NCBI GenBank assembly: GCA_030390025.1
Contig: CM059449.1
Coordinates: forward strand, 2,294,001 to 2,358,000
Reading direction: 5' to 3'
DNA length: 64,000 nucleotides
Source of the DNA: Squalus acanthias
Lineage: Eukaryota
The first letter of the stretch is position 1, and each line of letters opens with the position of its first letter. The notes under the pieces were generated by a model that saw only the letters and a list, made by a program, of their open reading frames with translations, had not been told where the DNA came from and searched no databases. The translations under genes and the position numbers were made by a program. Below are positions 62,810-64,000 of the stretch, in pieces.

Positions 62810-64000
62810 CCCAGCAAAGGCTATGGGCCCCGAAAACATTCCAGCTGTCCTTCTGAGGACTTGTGCTCCAGAACTAGCCGCACCTCTAGCCAAGCTGTTC
62901 CAGTACAGCTACAACACTGGCATCTGTCTAACAATGTGGAAAACTGTTCTGTCCACAAAAAGCAGGACAAATCCAATCCGGCCAATTACCGCCCCATTAG
63001 TCTACTCTCAATCAATGTAAGGTGTCGTCAATAGTGCTATCAATTGCCACTTACTCACCAATAACCTGCTCACCGATGCCCAGTTTTCTGTTACGCCAGG
63101 ACCACTCTGCTCCAGACCACATTACAGCCTTGGTCCAAACATGGACAAAATAGCTGAATTCCAGAGGTGAGGTGAGAGTGACTGCCCTTGACATCAAGGC
63201 AGCATTTGACCGAGTGTGGCTTCAAGGAGCCCGAGTAAAATTGAAGTCAGTGGGCAGCGGGGAAAACTCTCCACTGGCTGGAGTCATACCAAGCACAAAG
63301 GAAGATGGTTGTGGTTGTTGGAGGCCAATCATCATAGCCCCGGGACCTCACTGCAGGAGTTCCTCAGGGCAGTGTCCTTGGCCCATCCATCTTCAGCTGC
63401 TTCATCAATGACCTTCTCTCCATCATAAGGTCAGAAGTGAGGAGGTGTGCTGATGATTGCACAGTGTTCAGTTCTATTCGCAACTCCTCAGATAATGAAG
63501 CAGTCCATTCCCGCAGGCAGCAAGTCCTGGACAACATTCAGGCTTGGGCTGATAAGTGGCAGGTAACATTTGTGGCACACAATGGTCAGGCAATGACTAT
63601 CTCCAACAAGAGGCAGTCTAACCACCACCCCTTGACCTTCAACAGCATTACCATCGCCGAATCCCCCACCATCAACATCCTAGGGGTCACCATTGACCAG
63701 AAACTTAACTGGACCAGCCACTTAAATACTGTAGCTGCAAGAGCAGGTCAGAAGCTGGGGATTCTGCAACAAGTGTCTCACCTCCTGACTCCTCAAAGCC
63801 TTTCCACCATCTACAAGGCACAAGTCAGGAGTGTGATGGAATACTCTCCACTTGCTTGGATGAGTGCAGCTCCAACAACACTCAAAAAGCTCAACAGCAC
63901 CCAGGACAAAGCAGCCCTCTTGATTGGCACCCCATCCATCACCTTAAACAGTCAATCCCGACAGCACTGGCGTACCGTGGCTGCAATGTGTACCATGTAC
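62810..64000 (+). mobile_element. LINE RT region (family of 14850-18350)
   Basis: [25 protein letters not shown]. Confidence 0.85.

Overview
Eukaryotic, not prokaryotic, DNA. The repeat content (CR1/HER1-type LINEs, Deu-type SINEs, Penelope-like elements) points to a cartilaginous fish; this is an inference. The window holds a tandem pair of butyrophilin-like (BTN/BTNL) genes on the + strand, with start codons 42.3 kb apart. Gene 1 can be built completely from splice signals: signal peptide 2986-3043, IgV 3129-3476, IgC 7820-8104, TM 8238-8387, two 27-nt coiled-coil micro-exons 24787-24813 and 25350-25376, and B30.2/PRY-SPRY 26669-27213. All introns are phase 1 and the CDS is 1440 nt (479 aa). 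Gene 2 (45314-56198) has signal, IgV, IgC and TM exons; its intracellular exons are not in the window. The rest is nested transposons, three minisatellites and a 500-N gap. Highlights: (1) the IgV exons differ mostly by amino-acid-changing substitutions; (2) gene 2 intron 2 contains a cassette of a Penelope-like RT, a sense-strand hammerhead ribozyme and a 1.65-kb piece nearly identical to gene 1, flanked by 246-bp identical direct repeats; (3) independent, opposite-orientation CR1 insertions sit at the same site in both paralogues; (4) the B30.2 exon looks TRIM-like. All counts come from by-eye alignment.
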